64,000 nt of DNA from Octopus vulgaris (Eukaryota), in the NCBI GenBank assembly GCA_951406725.2, contig OX597823.1, forward strand, positions 57,598,001 through 57,662,000, given 5' to 3'. The number at the start of each line of letters is the position of its first letter. Positions within the stretch are counted from its first letter, which is position 1. Below the pieces are notes generated by a model. It saw only the letters and a program-made list of their open reading frames with translations. It searched no databases and was not told the DNA's origin. The position numbers and the translations under genes are program-made. This document shows positions 12,782 through 25,563 of the stretch, in pieces.

Positions 12782-13044
12782 TTAAATACACAACCGAAAG
12801 CGCTAGTAAAAGTTTCATTCTACTATGATACTTGACGACGCATATTTATAAAATACGTCGTGTATTTTAAAGCAAGCTTTTAGACTTTGTTTTTGTGTTT
12901 ATATATATATATATATATATTAAAAACACTTTAACAGGGTTTTAAAGATTGCTTGAAGATATATGGCATATTTTATAAATATGCCTGTTCAAGTATCATA
13001 AAAGCATAATACTATTAGTAGCTGTTTCAGTTGTACATTTAAAT
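12780..13044. mobile_element. Old fold-back (palindromic) MITE centred on (TA)n
   Basis: Left ATTTAAATACACAACCGAAA...TATGATACTTGACGACGCATATTTATAAAATA matches the reverse complement of the right arm ATTTAAATGTACAACTGAAA...TATGATACTTGAACAGGCATATTTATAAAATA. Confidence 0.7.
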
Positions 13045-14789
13045 TGATGTTTATTGCTCCCTAGATGGAGTACGTTTTTGTTCATTTTACCTCTACTAGA
13101 TCTTAAAATAATATGTATATCACAAGAATAAAAATGGAAAAAAACAATCACATCTTTAATTAGTGATCATACCATACTTTGCTGATGATAAATTTCGGTT
13201 GTGCCGGCGTATTTAGATACATAAAAAAGTATAAAACTGGGAAGTGTTCATCATTGTCTAGATCTTGAGACATCCGATGACAGATCTGATAGTATATATA
13301 TATATATATACCTCTCTTCTCTCCCTACGTAACCGGTGTTCGGCCAGGCCTGACCTTTCTTTCTTAGTTTAGCTACTGTCAGCGCAACATCTATATTCCT
13401 TCCTGTGCTTGTTAGATCTTATGTTCCTGCCGTAAGGCTTTAATTCCACATATGCCAGCTTAATTTAATTCGTCCTTAGTCGAAAGACGCCTGTTGTTAT
13501 GTCCTGTTTTTTTTTATATTTGTGTAACATTTCTGTTTTCCTTTTTCCCTTCCTTGTTTTCGTATACATTCGCTGCTTTCTTCCAAGGAATGTAATGCTC
13601 TAAGCTTTATTTTTCGTTGGGGCTGGCCAGATTGGAGCAATCTCGTGTATAACCAGCCGAAATTACAACGATAATCTGGAACTCCAATAAGGATAGAAAA
13701 CTCTGAATGATCCATCCTTGTTTTCCTTGTATCGTCTGTCTGGATATTTTGTTTTCCTTTTTTTTTGTTTCACCTGGATGTTTTGTGTTCTTGTCCCATT
13801 TTTGTACATATATATGTATCGAATCAGATGCAGAGAAAGGCAGCATGGATGTCGGTACGATTTGAATCACAGCACAAGCTACAAGGATTAATATCGTAAT
13901 ACATTTCATCCGATGTTACCAACCCCGGCAATCCGTATATATATCGTTGTATATATCATAGTAACGATCAGACGATCGGTTTATGTTATACACTTCTGGT
14001 CACAATGCGCTTCCACGCACTATTGTAGCTTTCGAATGATATCATTGCTCCCTGAAGGGAATGACACTCACTCGCAATGTTACCCATTTGTTCCTGAGTG
14101 GACTGATGCAGAGTGAAATGGGGCGTTTTGCGAAAGATCAACCACACCGCCGGTCTGGGAATCGAGACAGCTTTAACCACCCATTCATCAGCCCTCAACC
14201 CACATAAACATATGTAATTTTACGTATATGTATTCTTTGGTCCTTTTATACCTTTAATTGCTGCAGCCATTTGAATGTGGCCACGCTGAACCCCTACCTT
14301 GAAGGGTTTTTATTCGAACAAACCGACCACGAGACTTATATTTTAAAACCTAGTACTTATTCTATCGGTTTGTTTGCGGAAAAGCTAAGTTATGGGAACG
14401 TAAACACACCAACATCGGTTGTCAAGCGATGACGGTGGAATAAATGCAAGTACAAAGACACACACAAGCATATACACACACAGACAAACACACGCTCACT
14501 CACACACACGTGCGCATACGTACACACACACACACACATACACATTTTTTATTGTTTCAGTCATTTGACTGTGGCCATGCTGGAGTGCCACCTTTCGTCG
14601 AGCAAATCGACCCCAGAGCTTATTCTTTGTAAGCCTAGTACTTATTCTATCTTCCACTTTGGTGGAACCGCTAAGTTACGGGGACGTAAACACACCAGCA
14701 TCGATTGTCAAACGATGTTGGGTGGACAAATACAGACACACAGACACACACACACATATATATATATACATATATATATGTATATATAT

Positions 14790-15028
14790 GGAGGCGCAAT
14801 GGCCCAGTGGTTAGGGCAGCGGACTTGCGGTCGGAGGATCGCGGTTTCGATTCCCAGACCGGGCGTTGTGTGTGTTTATTGAGCGAAAACACCTAAAAGC
14901 TCCACGAGGCTCCGGCAGGGGATGGTGGTGATCCCTGCTGTACTCTTTCACCACTCTAAAAGGCGGTGCTCCAGCATGGCCGCAGTCAAATGACTGAAAC
15001 AAGTACAAAAAAAAAAAAAAAAAAAAAA
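14790..15028 (+). mobile_element. Chimeric SINE (family C head + family A tail + poly-A) nested in a family A copy
   Basis: 14790-14955 is near-identical to the start of 62635-63016; 14958-15006 is the family A tail AAAGGCGGTGCTCCAGCATGGCCGCAGTCAAATGACTGAAACAAGTA; A-run at 15007-15028. Confidence 0.85.
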
Positions 15029-15564
15029 ATATACGACGGGCTTCTTCCAGTTTCCGTCAACCAAATCCACTCACAAGGCATTGGTCGGCCCGAGGCTGTA
15101 GTAGAAGACACTTGCCCAAGGTGCCACGCAGTGGGACTGAACCCAGGACCATGTGGTTGGTAAGCAAGCTACTTACCACACAGCCACTCCTGGGCCTATT
15201 ATATATATATATATGTACAACCGGGCTTCTTTCAATTTCCGTCCACCAAATTCACGCAGTAGGACTGAACCTAGAACTGCGCCTGTATGTATATATATAT
15301 GAAAAGCAGTCAAGATGGTTCTTGAGTTATAAGGCTCTTTTGGTCAGTTTCCTGAATTCTGTGGCGTATATATTTCTCCCTCTCCACTCCCGTACGAAAT
15401 CCAACCCATTGAAAGATTACTCAATTTTGAGTAAAAGGCGGGTGGTAGAAATGGAGTAATGTGAAAGGAGGTATTTTGCTCAAGAACACAACGCATCAAC
15501 CAGTCGAAGAACAGAAACCACAAACTTACAATTCTAAGCTCTAAGCCACGCGCCTTCACATATG

Positions 15565-15632
<68 letters not shown>

Positions 15633-15736
15633 TACACACATGATATAGTATATATATGTTTATATGTGGATGCATATATAATGTCTATTATATACATATA
15701 GATAGATAAATAAGTAAATAGATAGACGGATATAGG

Positions 15737-15769
<33 letters not shown>

Positions 15770-16433
15770 GGATAAAGATTGAGAGACAGACATATTTGTG
15801 TCTGGTTGTAATTTCCTTTACGACAAGTATAACGCTACACCAAATCCCATAAATGAAGGCTATTATACCGATGTATAATGAACTTTTATGAAAAGTTAAT
15901 TACCACAAAAGGTGCGATTTGCTTTGCTCCTAGTAGAAGCTATTCATGCACGTATGTGTTACAGTTTTAGACACGTAAATTTGTTGACTGTGTATGAAAA
16001 ATAGCTTCGTCGTTAAAGTACATTTTTTTCCATCTCTATCCAGGAACACGATATGACGTGTTAGATATCAACGTTAATTTTTTAATTTTTTTTTTATCAG
16101 TATCTTTCCAGAACTTCAGAATTTATGAAATGCTCCTGTTTCTGAACCCATTATATGAATATAGTTTAAAAAAAACTGAAGATTTGGTACTAAGTCTGAA
16201 ACAAATAATGCGTTTGTGGCAATGTTCATTTCCCAAACACATGATTTCTGGTTCAGTTCTACTGTATGGCACCTTGAGTAAGTATCTTCTACAAAAGTGT
16301 TGGATTAGAACCAAGATTGAAAAAAATTATATCAGTAGTGTCAATTCGTTCGACTGAAATGTTTCAAGATGGAATCCAAGCGTGGTCCCAGTCTGCTAAC
16401 TGAAACAAGATAAAATACATCTATCTATCTATC

Positions 16434-16530
<97 letters not shown>

Positions 16531-17570
16531 GACGACGAGCTCGGGGCGAACCTGGACGTCGACGAGGAGTACCTGACCCGCCTGTTCGGGACGACTTTCG
16601 GGACAGGGCCCATGGGCAACTTCCAGAGATCCCTGGCCTGGCAGTGCTACCGAGAAGCGCTACCCGTTCGGGATAAGCTCTACAGACACGGCTCGAGAAA
16701 CACGGGGCCGACCTGCCCGAAATGCGGTCAGAGCGACGAAACCGTTCTGCACGCATTCGTGCAGTGTCCAACAATTTCCGACCTGTGGGCTTATGTCGAA
16801 CGACTGCTGTCACGTGTGGGACGAGTCGGTTTATCAGCTGAGTCTATCGTCAATATTGTCACGCCTCCTTCCTTCAAACGGGAAGGAAGAGCTATTTTCA
16901 TCATCCTTGTGGCTATGGCGAAAGAATGTATCTGGTGGACGCGTCTGAAAGGATTGGAGACAAACACTTTCCTCTCTGGTCAATCTCTCATCAACTTCTT
17001 CAAGTACCACTTGAAAAGGAAAGTGAGAGTAGAGAGGCAAGTTTTGTCTAGCGAATGTTATAAAAAAAGATGGGTGAATGTAGCAAGGATGGCACGTATG
17101 AATGACGAAGCCACCTTGAGCATAATCCTATGAACCCAGAAATTGAAAACAGAGGGTTACCCACTTGCAAACAAATGTGGTAACATATAACAATATTGAC
17201 CAAGGTTACCGTGGTCTTTTTCGTAGGTTTTTCTTCCCACGGATAAACCTTACTTGCTTTCCCCTTTACACCATATATTATAACACTGTGATACACGATC
17301 CCTATTGATTGTTTTTTTTTTCCTCTTCCCCTCTTTTCTTCTTTTTTCATTACTCTTTTCTTTTGTTCCTTTTCCTTTTCTTCTTTTTTTATTTTTATTT
17401 TTTAATTTTTAATTTTATTTATTTTTTTTTGTTCTTTTCTTCCCTTTTACGATCCCTCTTGATCGAAAACCTACGCCACCCCTTTTTTTTTTTTTTCATC
17501 TCCCAAAAGAAAAGCTCTACCTTGTAACTTGTTCCATCTGTGTGCAGCCCTGTGTGACCAATAAAGAAAC

Positions 17571-17571
<1 letters not shown>
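16531..17571 (+). mobile_element. 5'-truncated Tx1/L1-group LINE: ORF2 C-terminus (RT-associated zinc finger) plus 3' UTR
   Basis: Uninterrupted frame to stop 17133: AWQCYREALPVRDKL...CPKCGQSDETVLHAFVQC...LW (CX2CX8HX4C); 3' end AATAAAGAAAC; (TATC)n on both sides. Confidence 0.9.
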
Positions 17572-17626
<55 letters not shown>

Positions 17627-17641
17627 ATTTATTTACTTATC

Positions 17642-17734
<93 letters not shown>

Positions 17735-18401
17735 AAATCCACTCACAAGGCCGACCAAAGCCTTGTGAGTGGATTTGGTAGACGGAAACTGAAAGAAGCC
17801 CGTCCTATATATGTATATATCGCTTGACAACCGATGCTGGTGTGTTTACGTCCCCGTAACTTAGTGGTTCGGCAAAAGAGACCGATAGAATAAGTACTAG
17901 GCTTACAAAGAATAAGTCCTGGGGTCGATTTGCTCGACTAAAGGCGATGCTCCAGCATAGCCACAGTCAAATGACTGAAACAAGTAAATGAGTAAATGAG
18001 AAAATACAAAGAGAAGCACACTGGGAGTTATAGACAAGTAGAGGAATGAAAGATATTTAAGGCCGGTCTTTGGAGGTAATCCTGAGGTTTCATGTACATA
18101 CACATATATGTATATATTTGTGTGTCTGTTTCATGTAGATAAAGCTTGAAGGTGTTTCTTCAGACCTTAATGGCTGGTAGCCTATAACTTTTCTTCAAGG
18201 TAGAGAGAGTAAAAACCTCGTAACGCACGGACAAAGGGTCAAGCGCGAGGTGCAGTTTCACTTAGACCACTATCCGTACTCGACGTGGTCGTTTTGTGGG
18301 CTCCAGGACTTCAGTAGAAATTTCCTGAAGTGTAAGCAGGTTTAGAAGACATCCGTCCTGGAATTTAAGATCTTGTCCGGGTCAAGAGAGTTCGAGTATA
18401 A

Positions 18402-18469
<68 letters not shown>

Positions 18470-19041
18470 AGATATATATATCTATATATATAATGTTATG
18501 AGTATAGATATATTTGTTTATCTATACGCATTTGTGTGCGTGTATGCGTGTATATGCGCGTGTGTGGTAAGTAGCTGGGTTACCAACCACTTGGTTCCGG
18601 ATTCAGTCCCACTGCATGGCACCTTAGTTAAGTGTCTTCTACCAAGTTAAGTGTCTTCTACAAAGCCTTGTAAGTGGATTTGGTAGACGGAAACTGAAAG
18701 AAGCCTGACGCATACACACGTATGTATATATTTGTGTGTCTGTGTTTGTCCCCCATCCCACCAGCGCTTGACAACTGATGCTGGTGTGTTTACGTCCCTA
18801 TAATTTAGCGGTTCGACAAAAAAGGTCGATAAAATAAGTACTAGGCTTTGTTCGACTAAGAGCGGTGCTTTAGCATGGCCGCAGTCAAATGACTGAAACA
18901 AATAAAAGAATAAATGACTAATATATAATATATAGTGTGAGTTTTTATGAGGAGATGCCACTTTAAAGGGATGTAGGCTTATATAATTGACAAAATGCAA
19001 ATTTCTTTATGATATATATATATATGTATATATATATATAA

Positions 19042-19128
<87 letters not shown>

Positions 19129-19337
19129 GTGTGTGTATATATATATATTGTCCTGTACTCTATTTTTTTGTTGTTTTAAAAAAATGTCCAGTTCCTTTGG
19201 TTTGTGTCTATGTTTTCGTTTCTCATTGTGTTCGACGTCCTTTTGGTGTCCTGTACTCATATATGCGTGTATATGTACATATAGAGGTAGGTACATACAT
19301 ATATGTTTATATATGTGCATATGTTTTATTTTATTTA

Positions 19338-19372
<35 letters not shown>

Positions 19373-19538
19373 TCTGTCGGATACTCCTCAACTTGTTGTT
19401 AAGTACCCTACTCGTTAGGGATCGGTGCTAGATGTGTCGAAACATTTGTAGTGATTAATAAAAATTCTCGTATGTTTCATCTTCCATCTTTCATTTACCA
19501 TTTATATGTGTGTGTGTGTATCTATACACACACACACA

Positions 19539-19576
<38 letters not shown>

Positions 19577-20638
19577 CACACACACACATGTACATATCTT
19601 GATTCGATTTTTCGTATCCAGAAATAACCACGTCTTATAAGTTACTGATATCAATGATTATGAGCGGCTTAACTGAACTTTATTTCCATTGCTGATCAAA
19701 GCATCCGCTATTGTGTGATGGAGTTGAAAACGTTGTTAAGATACACATGTCATTACTTCTCAATATTAATATGTAATGTGCTATTCTCCCTTATCACATC
19801 TTCAACTCAATCATGCAATACAGACAACTGAGAATGCCATTAGAGATTCTCAGATGCATCACTGATATTCTACTGTAGACGTTTATGTTTGAAACTTCCG
19901 ATTGTCCGTCATTATTCTCGGGATATGAAACACATATCAAATCACAATATACAACCAATGGACAAATGCTTGTCCTTCTCAAAACATGTGGTCTGGGTTC
20001 TCCATCAGCATAATCTGCCTAAGACTGATGCTCTGTTTTATTGATCGCGAATGGATGAAAAAGTAAAGTTAATTTTGGCGAGACTTGAGGACACGAACAA
20101 ACATGACAAGACATTTTCTCCGAAGCTCTAAGAATTTTGCTAAAAGTGATAATCGATTACACACGTGTATATCTTTTACTTGTTTCAGTCATTATACTGC
20201 ACCATTATGGAGTAACCCCATTGAAGAATTCTAGTGAAAGGAATCGACACCACTTCTCTTTTTTTTTCTTTCTCAAAAAACTGTTTGTTATTCTATCATA
20301 CTCTTTGACTGAACAGCTATATTTTGGAGACGTAAACAAACCAACACCGGATGAGAAGCAGTGGTGAGGTACAAACACAGGCATAAAGAAAAACGCGCAC
20401 ACTCGCGCGCGCAGACACACATATACACCCCACCCCCCACGCACAAACACAAGATTAAGTAAAAAGTATTTCGCATTTCAAGCTTTATAGTTCAGACAAA
20501 TTACGTACGAAAAGCTTTTATTAATCAAAATATATCCGTTGATATTCTATTGTACGTTGCCATCGTTGTGACTGAAGTTCATTTCCATACATGCCATTTT
20601 GCTGGTTTAGAGGCAAAAATTTCCAGGTTGCTGCCTTT

Positions 20639-20690
<52 letters not shown>

Positions 20691-20692
<2 letters not shown>

Positions 20693-21013
20693 GCTCAGTG
20701 ATTAAAGCGCCGGGCTCAGAATCATGAGGTAGTGAGTTTGATTCCTGGACTGAGTTGCGTGTTGTGTTCTTGAGCAAGACACTTTATTTCATGTTGTTCC
20801 AGTTCACTCGCTAATAAGCTGCAACCTCACTGGTGCCAAGTTGTATCGGCCTTTGCCTTTCCCTTGGATAACATCGGTGGCGTAGAGAGAGGAGGCTGGT
20901 ATGCATGGGTGACTGCTGGTCTTCCACAAACAACCTTGCCCGGATTTATGCCTCGCAGGGTAACTTTCTTGGTGTAATCCCATGGTGATTCATGACCGAA
21001 GGGGGCCTTTACT
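20691..21013 (+). mobile_element. SINE family D (CORE-like) inserted in (TAG)n
   Basis: Box A/B-like head, GTGTTCTTGAGCAAGACACTT, tail CATGACCGAAGGGGG; other copies at 63117-63436(+, TSD TATGTTTATAT) and 9165-9352(-, partial). Confidence 0.85.
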
Positions 21014-21014
21014 C

Positions 21015-21052
<38 letters not shown>

Positions 21053-21053
21053 A

Positions 21054-21099
<46 letters not shown>

Positions 21100-21112
21100 T
21101 GTAGTAATGATA

Positions 21113-21650
21113 ATTTCTTTTAATAGCCACAGCAGCTAATGAGGTGGCATCACAGAGGAATAGAATTTGTGTGAAAATTCATATAAAAAATGGAGAGAAA
21201 GAAATGGAAATGACACTGAAATGCGATAAAAGTATGCAGAGTATACAAAGTATTTGATAGCATGAATCGCAGTCCTGGTGACACAGGAGAAACTCCATCT
21301 ACGGCCAGTCAAGAAAACCTACAAAACCAGAATGACCTTAACTACTAAAGGTACGAGCCTCTCACATGCTCTCAAATTTACAATACATACCCGAATTAAG
21401 GCCGTTCACTCTAACCTCCTTTTTTGCTGCAGTCATCCGCCTCTTGACTGGGAGGTAGCACTTTCCTCTCCACTCTCACTTTTTTTTCCAAGTGGAACTT
21501 GAAAGAGTCGATGAGAGCTTGATCGAAGAGGAAGGTGCCTTTTCTCTGTCCTTTCAGTCCCGTCCACTGCACAACCCCTATTGCTATAACCATTAGACAG
21601 TGAAACATCGCCAACCCTACCTTGTTAGAGATAGAAGGTGGGGTGCTCCT
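21113..21650 (-). mobile_element. Older Tx1-type LINE 3' fragment related to 16531-17571
   Basis: WTGLKGQRKGTFLFDQALIDSFKFHLEKKVRVERKVL aligns with WTRLKGLETNTFLSGQSLINFFKYHLKRKVRVERQVL; 3' end GTGGCTATTAAAGAAA. Confidence 0.8.
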
Positions 21651-21666
21651 CATGATGATGATGATG

Positions 21667-21730
<64 letters not shown>

Positions 21731-21732
<2 letters not shown>

Positions 21733-22254
21733 CCCTGATGCAGTATCAGGCAGTGGCTCACATGACTTCTGATCTTAACTGATTGGAAGTATTATCATGT
21801 ACATTGTTTTGTCTTGGTATAAAAGATGGGCTACAGCAAATATTCTGCTCAATACCACAGATTTGCTTGTCAGTTGTTTGACCTTAACCAGTTGAGCATG
21901 TCCCTTAGTGGCTGACGATATGTGCATCTCTGATCACGAGCAGAAGTAGTGGGGGAGCATCATAGCCATGTGTTGAGAGGGATTCTTTGGGGATTCTTTC
22001 AACATCCTTAAACAACCCTTATTCAGGGACCTTTTGAGCGGGATGGGCTACTCAACCTGAAGAGAATTCTAACTGGGCCCCACCTGCAAGGTCATGTGCT
22101 GTTTATCTTGCTATGAGATCACCATGTCGCGCATATATAGTTGTGATGCATGTGCCTGGTGTACCCTTATCAGACGGGTAGTCATGATGGGTATATTGGA
22201 CTTCGTATATTTTACCCCAGTGTCACTTTGATGGCATGAACTGCTCTCTCACTC
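21731..22254 (+). mobile_element. Unclassified ~560-bp non-coding interspersed element (copy 1 of 3)
   Basis: Same termini TGCCCTGATGCAG...CTCTCACTC(AAT)n at 47164-47909(-) and ~52912-53420(+); no long ORF and no box B. Confidence 0.9.
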
Positions 22255-22269
22255 AATAATAACAATAAT

Positions 22270-23295
22270 AATCGAGGGGAAGAGGACGGATTGGATGCGA
22301 ACACAGCATTAGAGCAGAGAAAGCAACATAGCATAGTATGTAAAAAATGCAACAGAATCATAATTATTGGAAGAAGTTCTGACGTGTGTAGGATAGAAGA
22401 TTACAAAGACAAGCCACTGTACAAGCACTTGAGAATGAATGAAACTGAAAATAGGTGGATAAAGAAAAGAATGAATGAACAATTTCATAGAGATGTTTAA
22501 GATAAGACAGAAAAAAAAAAGATGGCTATGGATGACTAAAAGTGATTTAAAACCGAAAACGGAGGCTCTAATCTGTGCTGCCCAAGAGCAAGCACTAAGA
22601 ACGAATTACATCAAATGCAGAATAGACAACACATCAGAAAGTGATAAGTGCAGAATTTGTGGACAAAATGGTGAAATTGTATGGTATATAACCAGTCAAT
22701 GTGCGCCACTAGCCCAGAAAGAATATAAGAGACATCTATGACAATATAGCATGGATTGCCCATTGGACACTTTTCAACAAGTATGGACTTGACTGAGTAA
22801 AAAAGTGATACGAATATAAACCCGAAGTCATCATCGAAAATGATAATGCAAAGATCCTATGGGATTTCATGATCCAGCGCGACCATGAGATAGAGAATTG
22901 GAAACCAGTGTTAATTGAGAAAGAAATCAAACGATGCTGGATCATAGATATAGCACGCCCAGCTGACAACAAAGTATGCGATAAGGAAGAAAGAAAAGTC
23001 GATAGATATGACAGGCTAATTTGGAAGGTTAAACAGTTGTGGTCGCTGTAAAAGGTGGTAGTAGTACCAATAATTGTCGGAGGCCTGGGAACAGTGAGTC
23101 AAAATCTCAAGAAGTACATGGAACAAGTAGGGGCTGCAATAAGTGTGGAGCACTTGCAGAAAACAGCACTGCTTGGAACCGCTCGAATACTCCGGATGAG
23201 TATTCGAAAAATAAGCGGTATTACCTTCGTTGACTGGTAGTGAACAGCTGGCAGCGTATTATATCTCCAGCGTTAGAAGCTGTGCAAAGGCACTA
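22270..23295 (+). mobile_element. R4/Dong-type (RLE) non-LTR retrotransposon 3' fragment
   Basis: TEALICAAQEQALRTNY...KCRICGQNGE...C..LAQKEYKRH, ILWDF, CWIIDIA.P, PIIVGGLG, LQKTALLGTARILR; frameshifts and stops; (AAT)n flanks. Confidence 0.93.
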
Positions 23296-23362
<67 letters not shown>

Positions 23363-23614
23363 GTAGCGTTTTCAAATTTTGGAACAAGGCAAACAATTTT
23401 ATTGGGGGAAGGGCTAAGTCGATATTGTTGACCCCAGTGTTCAACTGGTACTTATTTTATCGACCCCGAAAAAAATGAAAGCAAATTGGACCTCGGCGGA
23501 ATTTCGACTCAGAACACAAAGGCAGGCGAAATACCGATAAGCATTTTGCCTGGCGCGGCAAGAGTCTGCTAGCTGGTCGCCTCAATAGTAGTAGTAGCAA
23601 TAATAACGATAATA

Positions 23615-23652
<38 letters not shown>

Positions 23653-23658
23653 AATAAT

Positions 23659-23689
<31 letters not shown>

Positions 23690-23962
23690 TTAATAATAAT
23701 AATAATAATCTTTTGTACTATAGACACAAGGCCTGAAATTTTGGGGGAAGGGACTAGTTGATTACATCGACCCCAGTGTTTCACTGGTACTTATTTTACC
23801 CACCCCGAAAGGATGCAAGTAAAGCCGACCTCGGCGGAATTTGAACTCAAAACGTAGCGACGGGTGAAATAGTGCTAAGCATTTCGTCCAGCGCGCTAAC
23901 AACAACAACAACACTAACAAAACGATAATAATAATAATTACAATGATAATAATAATATTATT

Positions 23963-24022
<60 letters not shown>

Positions 24023-24536
24023 CCTTTGTCCTGGAAGCACAAAACCTCAGATTTGGCAAGAGAGTAAGTCAATTACGTTTACCTCAGTGTGTAACTGGTA
24101 CTAATTTTATCGACCCCGAAATGATAAAAGGCAAAGCATTTCGTCCGTCGAACTAACAACAACATCAACAATAATGGTAATAATTATGATGATGATGATG
24201 ATGATAATAATAATAATAATAATAATAATAACTCAAATTATGGTACTACGAAGGGTTGCCGTGACCACTACTTTAAGCGATGTTGTACTGGTACACACTC
24301 CTTTCTGTTTGGTGCATACCACAGAGTTCGTGTATGGGGATCGTTATTTTAATATAAAGAGAAAGAAAACAGAAAAAAAAAAACGAAGAGGAAGAGGATG
24401 AACAACAACGAATACACCCACAACAAACATACAGACATAACGTTCAACTTGGATATATTTAAGTTTTAAAGAAACACTTTAAACTTCTTGATTATGGAGG
24501 ATTAACCTTCCCGTCAATTGTCAACATAGGACATAC

Positions 24537-24558
24537 CGGACATTAATGTTGACGATAA
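24537..24558 (-). CDS. Tentative 22-nt micro-exon (LSSTLMS + 1 nt)
   Basis: Minus strand tctttattgcag|TTATCGTCAACATTAATGTCCG|gtatgt; in phase with exon 33981-34016 and completes a signal peptide. Confidence 0.35.
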
Positions 24559-25177
24559 CTGCAATAAAGACTTCACGTCTTTATACACAAAAGGCACGGA
24601 TTAATACTTTTTTTTTTATGTGACTATTGTGATAGATATAAAACTTTGGTCATCAAACCGTTGCTTAGACGTGCCATTACGTTTGTTTAGTACAAACTGT
24701 GGTTTTAGTCACGAAGTACATATAATTAAGTTGACTTTCAAATACAATAGTTGTTAATGTAAGCTAATAGATAATTTAATAGAAAACTTTAAACATAAAG
24801 TCACAGACATGAATTACCCACACAGTCTCCTCTGTTACCATTTTAGCTGTCAAACTTGAAAGATAGATACAGATAGAAAAAAAATTATATTTTAATTATA
24901 TTAATTTAAATCGGAAAATTTATATCAATTTATATGTATTCGCGATGATGTGAATAGGAAAAGAAAAATGAAAGAAAAAGGAAGATGAAAGAAAAAAGTG
25001 TTGGGATTATGATATGACCCAGGGAAGCTGCATCCAGTTAAGAAGAGTATTGAGCAGTGACCTCCGCCCCATGAAAGATATAATGATGGGTAGAAAGAGC
25101 ACCTCATATTTCACGAGATATGTGGTGGCGGGTCCGTCTCTCAATGTGCTTGTCGCAAGTGCCAGTTGTAGTGATGA

Positions 25178-25211
<34 letters not shown>

Positions 25212-25532
25212 CGTCGTCGTCGTCGTCATCGTCGTCTTTGTCGTCGTCGTGATGGTGTGATGGCGGCGATGGTAATGATGGTGGCTGATAAGGAACATAG
25301 ATCTCGAATCTATTACCTTTTATTGTTTATTTGTATCAGTCATTTCCCTGCAGTCATGCTGGAGCACCGCCTTGAGAAAGCTCTAGTCAAATGGATCGAC
25401 CTCTGTAACTTTTTCTTAAGTCTGTACTTAGCTTATCGGGCCCTTTTGCTGAACCGCTAAGTTACGGGGAGTGAACACAAGCACAAAAACACAAAGACAC
25501 ACACATACACACTCACACACATACACACACAA

Positions 25533-25563
<31 letters not shown>

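Noticed and set aside
13607-13909. 100-aa ORF with signal-peptide-like start MKCITILILVACAV
   Set aside because: Runs through a (TA) stretch into low-complexity A-rich repeat-like sequence; no splice or homology support.
19794-20015. Possible minus-strand phase-1 exon (DYADGEPRPHVLRRTSICP...)
   Set aside because: The acceptor lacks a pyrimidine tract and abuts a SINE B remnant.
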